The notes below the pieces were generated by a model that was given only the letters and a program-made list of their open reading frames with translations, had not been told where the DNA came from and made no database searches. A stretch of 64,000 bases of DNA, from the sequence record MH595538.1; one strand, written 5' to 3'. Below, piece by piece: positions 52,606-60,176 of this stretch; positions within the stretch are counted from its first letter, which is position 1; every line of letters starts with the position of its first letter. A program made the translations under genes and the position numbers.

Positions 52606-54225
52606 TTATTTATTTAAGAAGTCATATAAGGCTGAGAAACCTGCGGCGTCGAAGCCAACAAAGTCCATTGAGTCAGGATCCTTAGGATCTGCAATAGACG
52701 CCCTCGTTGCCGTAAAGCCGATAACTGCCTGCTTTACACGAGTGTTTTTAGCACGGCGATAATCACTCAGTAACTTCTGGGTGTGATAACGACCATTGGT
52801 CTCATTGTCCGTTAAGAAGATGATCTCTTCATAAGTTTCTTGCTTACAGACTTCTTCATGCAGAAGAATCTGCAGGGCATTATCTAGATGAGTAGGGCCT
52901 CCAGAGTGACTTTCTACGCCCTTACAGAAGTCGGTCAGGGTCAACTTAGGATCCAACTCATTCAGTCTAAAGCACTGATCGTTAATTAAGAAAATAGTCG
53001 CGTTCGGTTCCGAGCGATACATGATGTAAGCTAAAGCAGCGGCCGCTGTAAAAGCACTAATAGAGCTATCATTAAGTTTATCATGCATTGAACCAGAAAC
53101 ATCGATGAAGATTGCCTTGCGTTTACCGTTACCTTTGAAAGCCTCAAAAGACTTAATTAGGTTAACGCCTAGCGCATCGACAATTTCTTTTCTAACGCCC
53201 CAGGTATTACTGTCTCGGAAACCATGCCCTGCTTCATACTGGCAACGAGCAAGAAATGCCTGCCATGGATGTACACGCAATCCTTCTTTCAGACGATCTA
53301 CTGCTTGGTCGCGCAAATAAGGTTCATCGAATACACCTCGAGATTCTAACGTAGCTAGGTTTCTAATAAAAGCAGTATCTGGCATGCGTTCTTCGAAAAG
53401 AGCTTTCCAGATATAGTTTTTGGATAAGAACTCCTTAGGTAGGAACTCACGAGGGAAGTCATAATGACGAATACCTTCTAGCGCTAGCTGCTGTCCATCA
53501 GCTTGATCAGGATCCATGCTGTATAACAAGTCCTTCATTTTATAGCGCTCTGGGATCAAGGTATCATTATGTTTTGAGCCAGTGACATATCCCATCCAAG
53601 CTTCCATCTCTGGAGAATCCGGCTTGATATGAATATTGCGCAATACATCACGATGGGACCATCCAAAACGAGACTTATACTTTTCACATTGGAAAAGTAC
53701 CTGATCTGGAGTCTTAGAAGTATACCACCATGCAAATGCTTTCTTAACTGCCTTGCCCCATCCACGGAACATAACGACGTAAGATACAAACTCTAAGAGC
53801 AGCGATCCTGTCTTAGCGACTTCTCTAACGCCATATTTGAGAGCTATCTTACGCACTTCTTCTTCCGGATGATTAGTATAATATGCAAGCAAGAATAAAG
53901 TTGGAGAGTTAGAAGGTGCACGTCTGCGCGAAACGACATCCTTAATGACCGTCATCACTTCTTCGAAATCTTCTACCGTTTGTACCTTGGAATTAATAAA
54001 ATCCAGAGCATTTAAAGTTAGCTCTTGTGACGTAGCATAATAGGTTGGTGATGACGTACCTAGAATTAAGAAGCGCTCTAGGAATGTTTTAAGACGTACA
54101 TCGAACACCATGCGTCCTTCGTTGTTTTTGGACATCTCATCCTCACGACCTGGGATCGCTTCTTTTGCATTTACTGACGTAGGTGATGCTGACTGATCTA
54201 CTTTAAAGTTTCCGTAACCGGACAT
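52606..54225 (-). CDS. rsr: Ro60/Rsr TROVE-vWA RNA-binding protein
   Basis: FLERFLILGT...TYY, RGWGKAVKKA..WY, KYKSRFGWSHRDVLR..H, AFIRNL and VHP motifs; vWA MIDAS DVSGSM; IFLTDNET. Confidence 0.93.
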   Translation of the reverse strand: MSGYGNFKVDQSASPTSVNAKEAIPGREDEMSKNNEGRMVFDVRLKTFLERFLILGTSSPTYYATSQELTLNALDFINSKVQTVEDFEEVMTVIKDVVSRRRAPSNSPTLFLLAYYTNHPEEEVRKIALKYGVREVAKTGSLLLEFVSYVVMFRGWGKAVKKAFAWWYTSKTPDQVLFQCEKYKSRFGWSHRDVLRNIHIKPDSPEMEAWMGYVTGSKHNDTLIPERYKMKDLLYSMDPDQADGQQLALEGIRHYDFPREFLPKEFLSKNYIWKALFEERMPDTAFIRNLATLESRGVFDEPYLRDQAVDRLKEGLRVHPWQAFLARCQYEAGHGFRDSNTWGVRKEIVDALGVNLIKSFEAFKGNGKRKAIFIDVSGSMHDKLNDSSISAFTAAAALAYIMYRSEPNATIFLINDQCFRLNELDPKLTLTDFCKGVESHSGGPTHLDNALQILLHEEVCKQETYEEIIFLTDNETNGRYHTQKLLSDYRRAKNTRVKQAVIGFTATRASIADPKDPDSMDFVGFDAAGFSALYDFLNK

Positions 54226-54255
54226 AATGTTTTCCTCTAGTGGGCAGGATATACG

Positions 54256-54290
54256 ACTATTACTCTCAGCCCGAAGGCTGAGAGCATAGT
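54256..54290 (-). promoter_or_regulatory. Stable UUCG hairpin in the Ro60 leader
   Basis: ACUAU-GCUCUCAGCC-UUCG-GGCUGAGAGU-AAUAGU, about 30 nt upstream of the Ro60 start; no U-tract follows. Confidence 0.55.
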
Positions 54291-54326
54291 TACTTGCGTT
54301 TACACCCTAAGGTGCTTAATTGGTGC

Positions 54327-54474
54327 TGATCTTTCTGAAAAGAACAAGTATTTAGCAAAGATACGTTGCTCTACCAACTGAGCTACCCTCCTTGCGGAGA
54401 GACGGGACTTGAACCCGCGACCAACGACTTAGCAGGTATAACCTTCACTATTCGGCTCTTATTCAAAAAGATCA
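54327..54474 (-). ncRNA. Y RNA (YrlA-like) no. 1 with circularly permuted tRNA domain
   Basis: Long terminal stem with GCCGA. Then T arm GCGGG-UUCAAGU-CCCGU, acceptor-like hairpin CUCUCC-GCAA-GGAGGG, and D arm UAGCUCAGUUGGUAGAGC, in the order T, acceptor, D. Confidence 0.85.
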
Positions 54475-54502
54475 ATCAGGGCTGACTATTACTAGTCAAA
54501 AA

Positions 54503-54674
54503 TGTATCTTGTTCTTAACCCAGACAAAAAGGTGTCCAAGGATGGTGTATGGCCTTGTACTCTAACCAACTGAGCTACGGCGATCATAAAGATTCACCGG
54601 CAGGACTCGAACCTGCGACCCCAAGGGTTATGCAATAACCTTAAACAATCGGCCCGGACTAAGAACGAGATACA
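54503..54674 (-). ncRNA. Y RNA (YrlA-like) no. 2 with circularly permuted tRNA domain
   Basis: Long terminal stem (UGUAUCUCGUUCUUAG/UUAAGAACAAGAUACA) with GCCGA. T arm GCAGG-UUCGAGU-CCUGC, hairpin CGGUGA...UCGCCG, D arm UAGCUCAGUUGGUUAGAGU, CCUUG/CAAGG stem. Confidence 0.85.
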
Positions 54675-54682
54675 CTTGGTGT

Positions 54683-54761
54683 ACCAATACGCTAGAACAA
54701 GTTGTGTGCTAACGGGCATTTGACATATGTAACGTTAACACTTCGGCTCTAGCATATTGGT
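54683..54761 (-). ncRNA. Short Y RNA-like hairpin no. 3 (YrlB-like, no tRNA domain)
   Basis: ACCAAUAUGCUAGAGC/GUUCUAGCGUAUUGGU stem, the same AGAGCCGAA motif as RNA 1, and a GUGUUAACG/CGUUAGCAC upper stem. Confidence 0.7.
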
Positions 54762-54947
54762 GAACTCTGTTTTTTATTTGATGTGATTATCACAAGGGGC
54801 TAGTACTTCATCGACTAGCCCCTTGATCATCCACGTCGCGCAAAGCAGTTCATCGGGAGAATGATGATGATTGAAGCGCCCAAACAACAACCGTACTTTA
54901 CAGCATATTATTAGGCGGAACTGGTATTTTTTCTTAATAACTTCAGA

Positions 54948-54965
54948 TCTATATAACCATGATGA
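54948..54965 (+). promoter_or_regulatory. Putative phage early promoter motif, copy 4
   Basis: TCTATATAACCATGATGA. Confidence 0.7.
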
Positions 54966-54989
54966 GTTTAAACCGTAAAGGATATCGAT

Positions 54990-55547
54990 ATGGAACTTAG
55001 AACTGAAGATGTTATAGATGGCATTAAACTTGCTTTATCTCCAAAAGATAAAAATAGTTTAAATGTCAATTTTAAAATTGACTACTATCTAAATGATAAA
55101 GAGCACGGAGTCATTACTCACTTTAGGCAAATGTTTTATGATGCACATGAGGTTGTTCGACATGTTGCTAAAGAGAAAGCAGAGCTATATGATATCAGTT
55201 TTAAATTAAAGAGCTTAGAGCGACTTTACATTAAACACCATGTCAAAGGATCGCTAGACGACGCCTTGGAAGACGATATTAGAATACTCTATATCAAATC
55301 TAGCTTTAAGTTAAAACGCCATACTGTCGAGAAGGCACTGGCCGCAGGCACTGCCGCTAACTACATCGCCAGCGTGGCACATACAGGAAAGACCACCATG
55401 CATTTTCAGATATTGCCCAAATTGGATGAGTTGATCTTTAAGCCACTGGCTCCATTTCTACCTTCGCTGGACCCTAAGTGTCCGGTCACGATACTGGACA
55501 AGGCAGGCAAAGATGTGTACATCATAAGAATGAACTACAAGGAATAG
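54990..55547 (+). CDS. Hypothetical protein (probable early gene)
   Basis: 185 aa, AAGGA RBS, directly after the promoter motif. Confidence 0.6.
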   Translation: MELRTEDVIDGIKLALSPKDKNSLNVNFKIDYYLNDKEHGVITHFRQMFYDAHEVVRHVAKEKAELYDISFKLKSLERLYIKHHVKGSLDDALEDDIRILYIKSSFKLKRHTVEKALAAGTAANYIASVAHTGKTTMHFQILPKLDELIFKPLAPFLPSLDPKCPVTILDKAGKDVYIIRMNYKE

Positions 55548-55550
55548 ATA

Positions 55551-55745
55551 ATGAACCAATTAGAAATACAAGCCTACAATCAATACCAGAAGGGCACATG
55601 TCCCTGTTGCCAACAAGAATCGATATTCGATGAATTCGAAACCATGGATATTGTTATGAGCACCTGTAAGAAGTGCAATGGCTCTTTTAAAGTAGACCAT
55701 GTTCAAAAGAAAATCACCAAAGGACCTTATAATGGCGCAGCTTGA
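55551..55745 (+). CDS. Small zinc-ribbon protein
   Basis: CPCC...CKKC in 64 aa. Confidence 0.6.
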   Translation: MNQLEIQAYNQYQKGTCPCCQQESIFDEFETMDIVMSTCKKCNGSFKVDHVQKKITKGPYNGAA

Positions 55746-55974
55746 TAATCTACTTGTGATCGCGAGACATCTAAGTATGCAGTTTGCTGCTTTGATATCC
55801 CATCACGATAAAGCAGAAGACTTCATCGAGGATGGTCATTTAGAACCATTTGGTGAAGACGACCAAAAGACGATACTGTCAGTCGTTCAATCGATGATCG
55901 ACGAAGTAAAACAAGATCGACTCTATGGGGTGCCTTCTGAAATATTCATGTCCCGCATAAAACTAAAGGAGTGA
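55732..55974 (+). CDS. Hypothetical protein
   Basis: Open frame 55699-55974; likely start MAQLD after the AAGGA RBS. Confidence 0.5.
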   Translation: MAQLDNLLVIARHLSMQFAALISHHDKAEDFIEDGHLEPFGEDDQKTILSVVQSMIDEVKQDRLYGVPSEIFMSRIKLKE

Positions 55975-55978
55975 GGTT

Positions 55979-56242
55979 ATGTCAAAGAACATCTGTCGTA
56001 TGTTAGCAGACATCAGTCAGCATCTACAGGAAGAGTTTCATAACTGTCTTAAAGCAAAGAAACGTGAAGCAATCTTCTTTCTAGATTGTGATGCTTTCCA
56101 GGTACTGTTAGCAGAAAATGAAAAGGCCGCTAATAACGTCCAGGTAGCTGTACAGCAAATGATCGACGATGTGATCTCTAACAATAAGACCATTCGTCAT
56201 CCATATGCAACGTTCAATCTTTACTACGGAAGGCTAGACTAA
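55979..56242 (+). CDS. Hypothetical protein
   Basis: 87 aa, GAGG RBS. Confidence 0.55.
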   Translation: MSKNICRMLADISQHLQEEFHNCLKAKKREAIFFLDCDAFQVLLAENEKAANNVQVAVQQMIDDVISNNKTIRHPYATFNLYYGRLD

Positions 56243-56733
56243 TGGAAAAAATTATACTAGACTTAATCTCCAAGGTATCAAACTATGCTGGCAATCCAGA
56301 TGCCACAGTAGCCTTAATTGCTATTCTATCGATTCTGGCAATGGTCTTAAGCGGGTTCGTTATTGTAATCTTCTTCTTAGCAGTGAGGTTTGCTATTACT
56401 GGCACGACAAAGCCCCTCAAACACGTTGAGACGAACGAATCGATAGAACTCAGGGGAATGCAGCATAATGCCTGTAATCGTCTCTTAGAAGAGCTTAGGG
56501 ACATCGTAAATCATGCAGTCGAAGAAGGTATCTCAGATGATAAGATTCTGAAGATGACTATCGAAGCTGTTGTGCGTAAATCTAAGACGCATCCCAAAAA
56601 CCCATTTATACGAAACCTTAAACGTCCAGAGAACATCAGGGAAGTGACTCGGGAGTTTATTGAAGATGAATTACTCATAAAAGGAATTAGAGATGAACAA
56701 CATCGCAACGATGACATGGAGCGAGATGTTTAA
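56242..56733 (+). CDS. Single-pass membrane protein
   Basis: Long hydrophobic segment VALIAILSILAMVLSGFVIVIFFLAV. Confidence 0.6.
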   Translation: MEKIILDLISKVSNYAGNPDATVALIAILSILAMVLSGFVIVIFFLAVRFAITGTTKPLKHVETNESIELRGMQHNACNRLLEELRDIVNHAVEEGISDDKILKMTIEAVVRKSKTHPKNPFIRNLKRPENIREVTREFIEDELLIKGIRDEQHRNDDMERDV

Positions 56734-56902
56734 TGCACATCCCATTGCTATGTCGATCGTTATTTTTACAATCATTGTCGCTTGCTTAGGAATTGCAAGC
56801 CTGGGTAAATATATCCATAAAAAGAATCAAGCTAAACCGGATGATATTCATTTCTATGAAGCCGCCGGATTGATTAGAGATGACCTAAATAGGAAACTAT
56901 AA
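56693..56902 (+). CDS. Small single-pass membrane protein
   Basis: IAMSIVIFTIIVACLGIASL followed by KYIHKK. Confidence 0.55.
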   Translation: MNNIATMTWSEMFNAHPIAMSIVIFTIIVACLGIASLGKYIHKKNQAKPDDIHFYEAAGLIRDDLNRKL

Positions 56903-56980
56903 ACCTAGGAGGCCAATGGCCTCCTAGTATCTTTGTGCTTTTTTCTTTGAATCCTATGGTAACCAAACCAAGGAGTCCTT

Positions 56981-57319
56981 ATGGATATAGGAGATGTTGC
57001 ACAATATAAGGTAGCGGCTTACTTGCTCGTCGCCTTAGGTGCAATACTGGTTCTTGCTGTTGTCTTTCTATTCCATCGGATGGAAATGCGCAATGTCCGT
57101 ATGGAAAAGCTCAGGGATCGAAATGCGGTTATAGAGATACTTATTAAGATCTGTGTAGCTAAGTTTCGCTCTGGTGATTTCACTACGGTCAATGAGTGCA
57201 CTGAATGGCTACAAAAGGAATCAACAGAAATGGATAAGAAGGGACATACCGTCCTCGGTCCAACCGATTATTATTCGATATCGGTAAAAGCTAAGCAAAG
57301 GTATGCAAGCATGGAATAA
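56981..57319 (+). CDS. Single-pass membrane protein
   Basis: AAYLLVALGAILVLAVVFLF followed by HR; AAGGAG RBS. Confidence 0.6.
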   Translation: MDIGDVAQYKVAAYLLVALGAILVLAVVFLFHRMEMRNVRMEKLRDRNAVIEILIKICVAKFRSGDFTTVNECTEWLQKESTEMDKKGHTVLGPTDYYSISVKAKQRYASME

Positions 57320-57330
57320 GGAGCAAGCTC

Positions 57331-57753
57331 ATGGATGCCAACGATATTATTTACACCTTGGCAGCCCTGGCAGTGGTCTTTATTCTGTTCTTAGTATGGC
57401 AAGCCAGGCGACAAATTAAAGAACGAAGACAAGAAGCGGATAAGGAGATTCAGGAAAAGATATCGTCCTATAAGGAAAGGACAACAGAGACGGTATGTTT
57501 CTGTGCTTCCGATAATCAATACCGGATACTTTACTATCTGCTCTTCACTTCCTATGTGAGTAAGATTGTCTATGACAGACACTCCCTTATAGAATCCGAT
57601 GAAGTTATCGATCTAGAGTCTAACTTTAGAATCGCTTATAACCGTCTGATGGAAGTAGACATCGTTGTTAATGCCGATCACCACAGGGAAGTCTTTAGGC
57701 ACTTAAAACGACAGAACCTTGTCGTCCAGGCTAAACCTCCTTCTGATCAATAA
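57331..57753 (+). CDS. Single-pass membrane protein
   Basis: IIYTLAALAVVFILFLVW followed by RRQIKERR; AAGGAG RBS. Confidence 0.6.
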   Translation: MDANDIIYTLAALAVVFILFLVWQARRQIKERRQEADKEIQEKISSYKERTTETVCFCASDNQYRILYYLLFTSYVSKIVYDRHSLIESDEVIDLESNFRIAYNRLMEVDIVVNADHHREVFRHLKRQNLVVQAKPPSDQ

Positions 57754-57770
57754 AGTAAAAAATAGAATAG

Positions 57771-57790
57771 CTACTCCCGCAAGGGAGTAG
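57771..57790. terminator. Terminator hairpin
   Basis: CTACTCCC-GCAA-GGGAGTAG. Confidence 0.6.
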
Positions 57791-57844
57791 TTGTTCATCT
57801 TCGTCTACTTGCATGATATTGCAATGCACTAGATATATCTGGCA

Positions 57845-58065
57845 GTATACTCTACATTTTACATAGAGTAACATGAATGACTATATGTGTTATTTAGCTT
57901 ATGTCAGCCATGTCCGTCTAGATGCTATTCCTCTACTTGCTGTTAGTAGAGCTAGTCTATGCTATCCCTATAGACTCTCTATGAATCTATAGTGCTATAT
58001 ATTCTACTTCTACTAACTTAGTTAGAGGAATAGAGAAGTCGTATACTCGTTCCACTCGTATACTC
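57845..58065. repeat. Cluster of nested inverted repeats and GTATACTC direct repeats in an ORF-free interval
   Basis: CTATTCCTCTA/TAGAGGAATAG, GTTAGTAGA/TCTACTAAC, AGTCTAT/ATAGACT, TACTCTA/TAGAGTA; GTATACTC three times. Confidence 0.6.
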
Positions 58066-58316
58066 CCCTCTCTGCTAGCTGATTAGTCAGAAAGAGTATT
58101 TTTTTGTTATTTAGAGGGTAAAATTAAATATAGGATTAGGCGATATAGAATTATTTTACATTTAAGTAATATTGAATCAATATAAAGCATTCTAAGCTAC
58201 ATGAAAACAAGAACATAAGCAAGTGCACTAGTTAGCTATCGAAACATCTCTAGAGATCCATACAGGAGCATATAAGGGTAAAACTACCACCTCCCTAAGG
58301 AGGCAGTAGAGTCTAG

Positions 58317-59075
58317 CTATGGCATACCGATGTTCATACGTATAATACGATTCTTGACTTTAGGATCTTGGTTGATCATGATACGACTCCATCGTTCAGT
58401 AAGATCCTGATAGAAGAGCTCAGCAGAGTCAGCATAGCTATCGACAATGTTACGTAGCTGTTGATTGCTATTACCTCGTACAATCGCATCACTATCGAGC
58501 CTAACACTCAATAGGTTATAGATCATCATGCGGGCAGCTAGAACGCAGAGCTTACCAAAATCACGATAGTAGCTTCGATTGAGGTTTGCAAGCTGTTCAT
58601 CATTCTCAAGCACACATCGTAGAAACGCATTGATGCTGATGACTTGTTCATAGATAACCACAACGTTTGGTCCGCGTACTTCAGCCCTAGCCGTACCAGT
58701 AGACTGAGCAGGAGAACTAGCGCTAAGGATGCTACTAGAACCAGACTGGGCAGGACCATAATCAGCAAGCCCCATTTCGACAGAATGGACATTTGAGATA
58801 TGCCGCCCTTGAGTGTGCGATAGAGGGATGTTGTAAACCCAGGCATTGTTAATCTCCCTATAAGGAATCCCTTCCAAAGGAACAGTAACGACATCTCCGC
58901 CGGAGATATCTAATTCAGGCTTGACGACCTTGTCAATAACCTCGTGTTTAATTCTACTTTCCAAAGAAGAATGGAAAGCGTCGTAATACGGATTTACCTT
59001 AAAAGCCATCTCAAGGACTTCTATGGGTATTTCGTTTGATATCCGAGTCAATGCATAAGTGATTGCGTTATTCAT
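58317..59075 (-). CDS. Conserved jumbo-phage protein (probable neck/head-completion type virion protein)
   Basis: Open frame 58317-59111, likely start MNNAI after the GGAG RBS; divergent from phuZ. Confidence 0.5.
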   Translation of the reverse strand: MNNAITYALTRISNEIPIEVLEMAFKVNPYYDAFHSSLESRIKHEVIDKVVKPELDISGGDVVTVPLEGIPYREINNAWVYNIPLSHTQGRHISNVHSVEMGLADYGPAQSGSSSILSASSPAQSTGTARAEVRGPNVVVIYEQVISINAFLRCVLENDEQLANLNRSYYRDFGKLCVLAARMMIYNLLSVRLDSDAIVRGNSNQQLRNIVDSYADSAELFYQDLTERWSRIMINQDPKVKNRIIRMNIGMP

Positions 59076-59156
59076 CGTTAGAAACGCTCCTGTGCGTAAA
59101 TTTAGACACATACGGCGATTACTATAGGGAGAACCTATATACCCTAGTGTAGATTA

Positions 59157-60167
59157 ATGAAAATGGAGAAGCCCAAAATGAACAAAGAGCCTTTAATTCA
59201 AATTTATGGATGTGGTGGATGCGGTACAAACATTGTACAGAACAAACTAGAAGTTCCACGTCACGCGCAATATGGTAAAACAAGTGTTGTTGCTATTGAT
59301 ACGTCAGATGCAAACTATGACGCCGATAAAGGAGTTCCTTTCTATCGGATTCCTGGTACGGAAGGCATGGGTCGTAAACGTGGTTTTGCATTAGATGTAG
59401 CCGAAGATAAAATCGATGATATTCTTAAGCGTCACAAACCTGGTTCAATGAACGTAATCATTGCTTCCGCCGGCGGCGGTTCAGGTAGTGTAATTGGCCT
59501 ATTGCTCGCTAAAGAATTTATGCGTCGCAGCATTCCTTTTGTTGTTCAACTGGTAGCGTCTAGCACTTCCCAGTTGGATGCCCAAAATTCACATGGTACG
59601 ATGTTGTCATTCCAGAAGGCAGTGAATGAGACAGGCAAGGTTCTACCAGTGATGTATTATGAAAACATCGACGGTTCTTCACAACGCGACGGCGATGGGA
59701 ATCGAGATCAAGTTGACGCGGTCTTAGTCAAAGACTTATTGACATTGATCTTTACATGTTCAGAGCAACACAAGGCCCTGGATCGCCAGGATGTAACGAA
59801 CTGGCTAGATTACCCATCAGTTACTAAGATCGAACCAAAACTGGTAGAAGTGAAAGTATTCCGTCACGGCGAGGAGATTACGGATCTTGCTAAGTTCCTG
59901 GATAACCAAGTAATCTCAACTATTTCACTATTACATGAAACGTCACATAGCACTCCTGCAATTCACCAGGCTTATGAGAAGACTGGCTATATGAATGACG
60001 ATGCTAAAGATATTGAACAGAACCTAACATGGACGGTTTCTTCTGTGCATATCACTAGTTATGCAAGTGGTCTAAAGACAAGCGTTGAAGAGCACAAACG
60101 CGTCGCTTCCGAGCTTAATGCAGTGTCTGGCTTGAACCTGGATGACGAAGACGAAGATATTCTATAG
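59157..60167 (+). CDS. phuZ: Phage tubulin PhuZ
   Basis: YGCGGCGTNI, IDTSDAN, GMGRKR and the tubulin signature SAGGGSGS; acidic C-terminal tail. Confidence 0.95.
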   Translation: MKMEKPKMNKEPLIQIYGCGGCGTNIVQNKLEVPRHAQYGKTSVVAIDTSDANYDADKGVPFYRIPGTEGMGRKRGFALDVAEDKIDDILKRHKPGSMNVIIASAGGGSGSVIGLLLAKEFMRRSIPFVVQLVASSTSQLDAQNSHGTMLSFQKAVNETGKVLPVMYYENIDGSSQRDGDGNRDQVDAVLVKDLLTLIFTCSEQHKALDRQDVTNWLDYPSVTKIEPKLVEVKVFRHGEEITDLAKFLDNQVISTISLLHETSHSTPAIHQAYEKTGYMNDDAKDIEQNLTWTVSSVHITSYASGLKTSVEEHKRVASELNAVSGLNLDDEDEDIL

Positions 60168-60176
60168 ATTTTTATA

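Noticed and set aside
54365-54425. Canonical tRNA gene (clear T-arm and D-arm sequences)
   Set aside because: The arms are in permuted order (T before D), the acceptor stem is closed by a GCAA loop, and there is no CCA end or closed anticodon loop. This fits a YrlA-type Y RNA instead.
54555-54625. Second canonical tRNA gene
   Set aside because: Same permuted T-acceptor-D order, embedded in a long terminal stem.
54782-54794. CRP or FNR binding site
   Set aside because: Half-site spacing (TGTGA-N3-TCACA) does not match CRP (N6) or FNR (TTGAT-N4-ATCAA).
57760-58310. CRISPR array or tandem-repeat locus
   Set aside because: There are no regularly spaced direct repeats of 23-47 nt; only short scattered direct and inverted repeats.
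59134-59150. Sixth copy of the early promoter upstream of phuZ (CCTATATACCCTAGTGT)
   Set aside because: One base shorter, with mismatches in the ACCAT core. It could be a variant, but it is not supportable.
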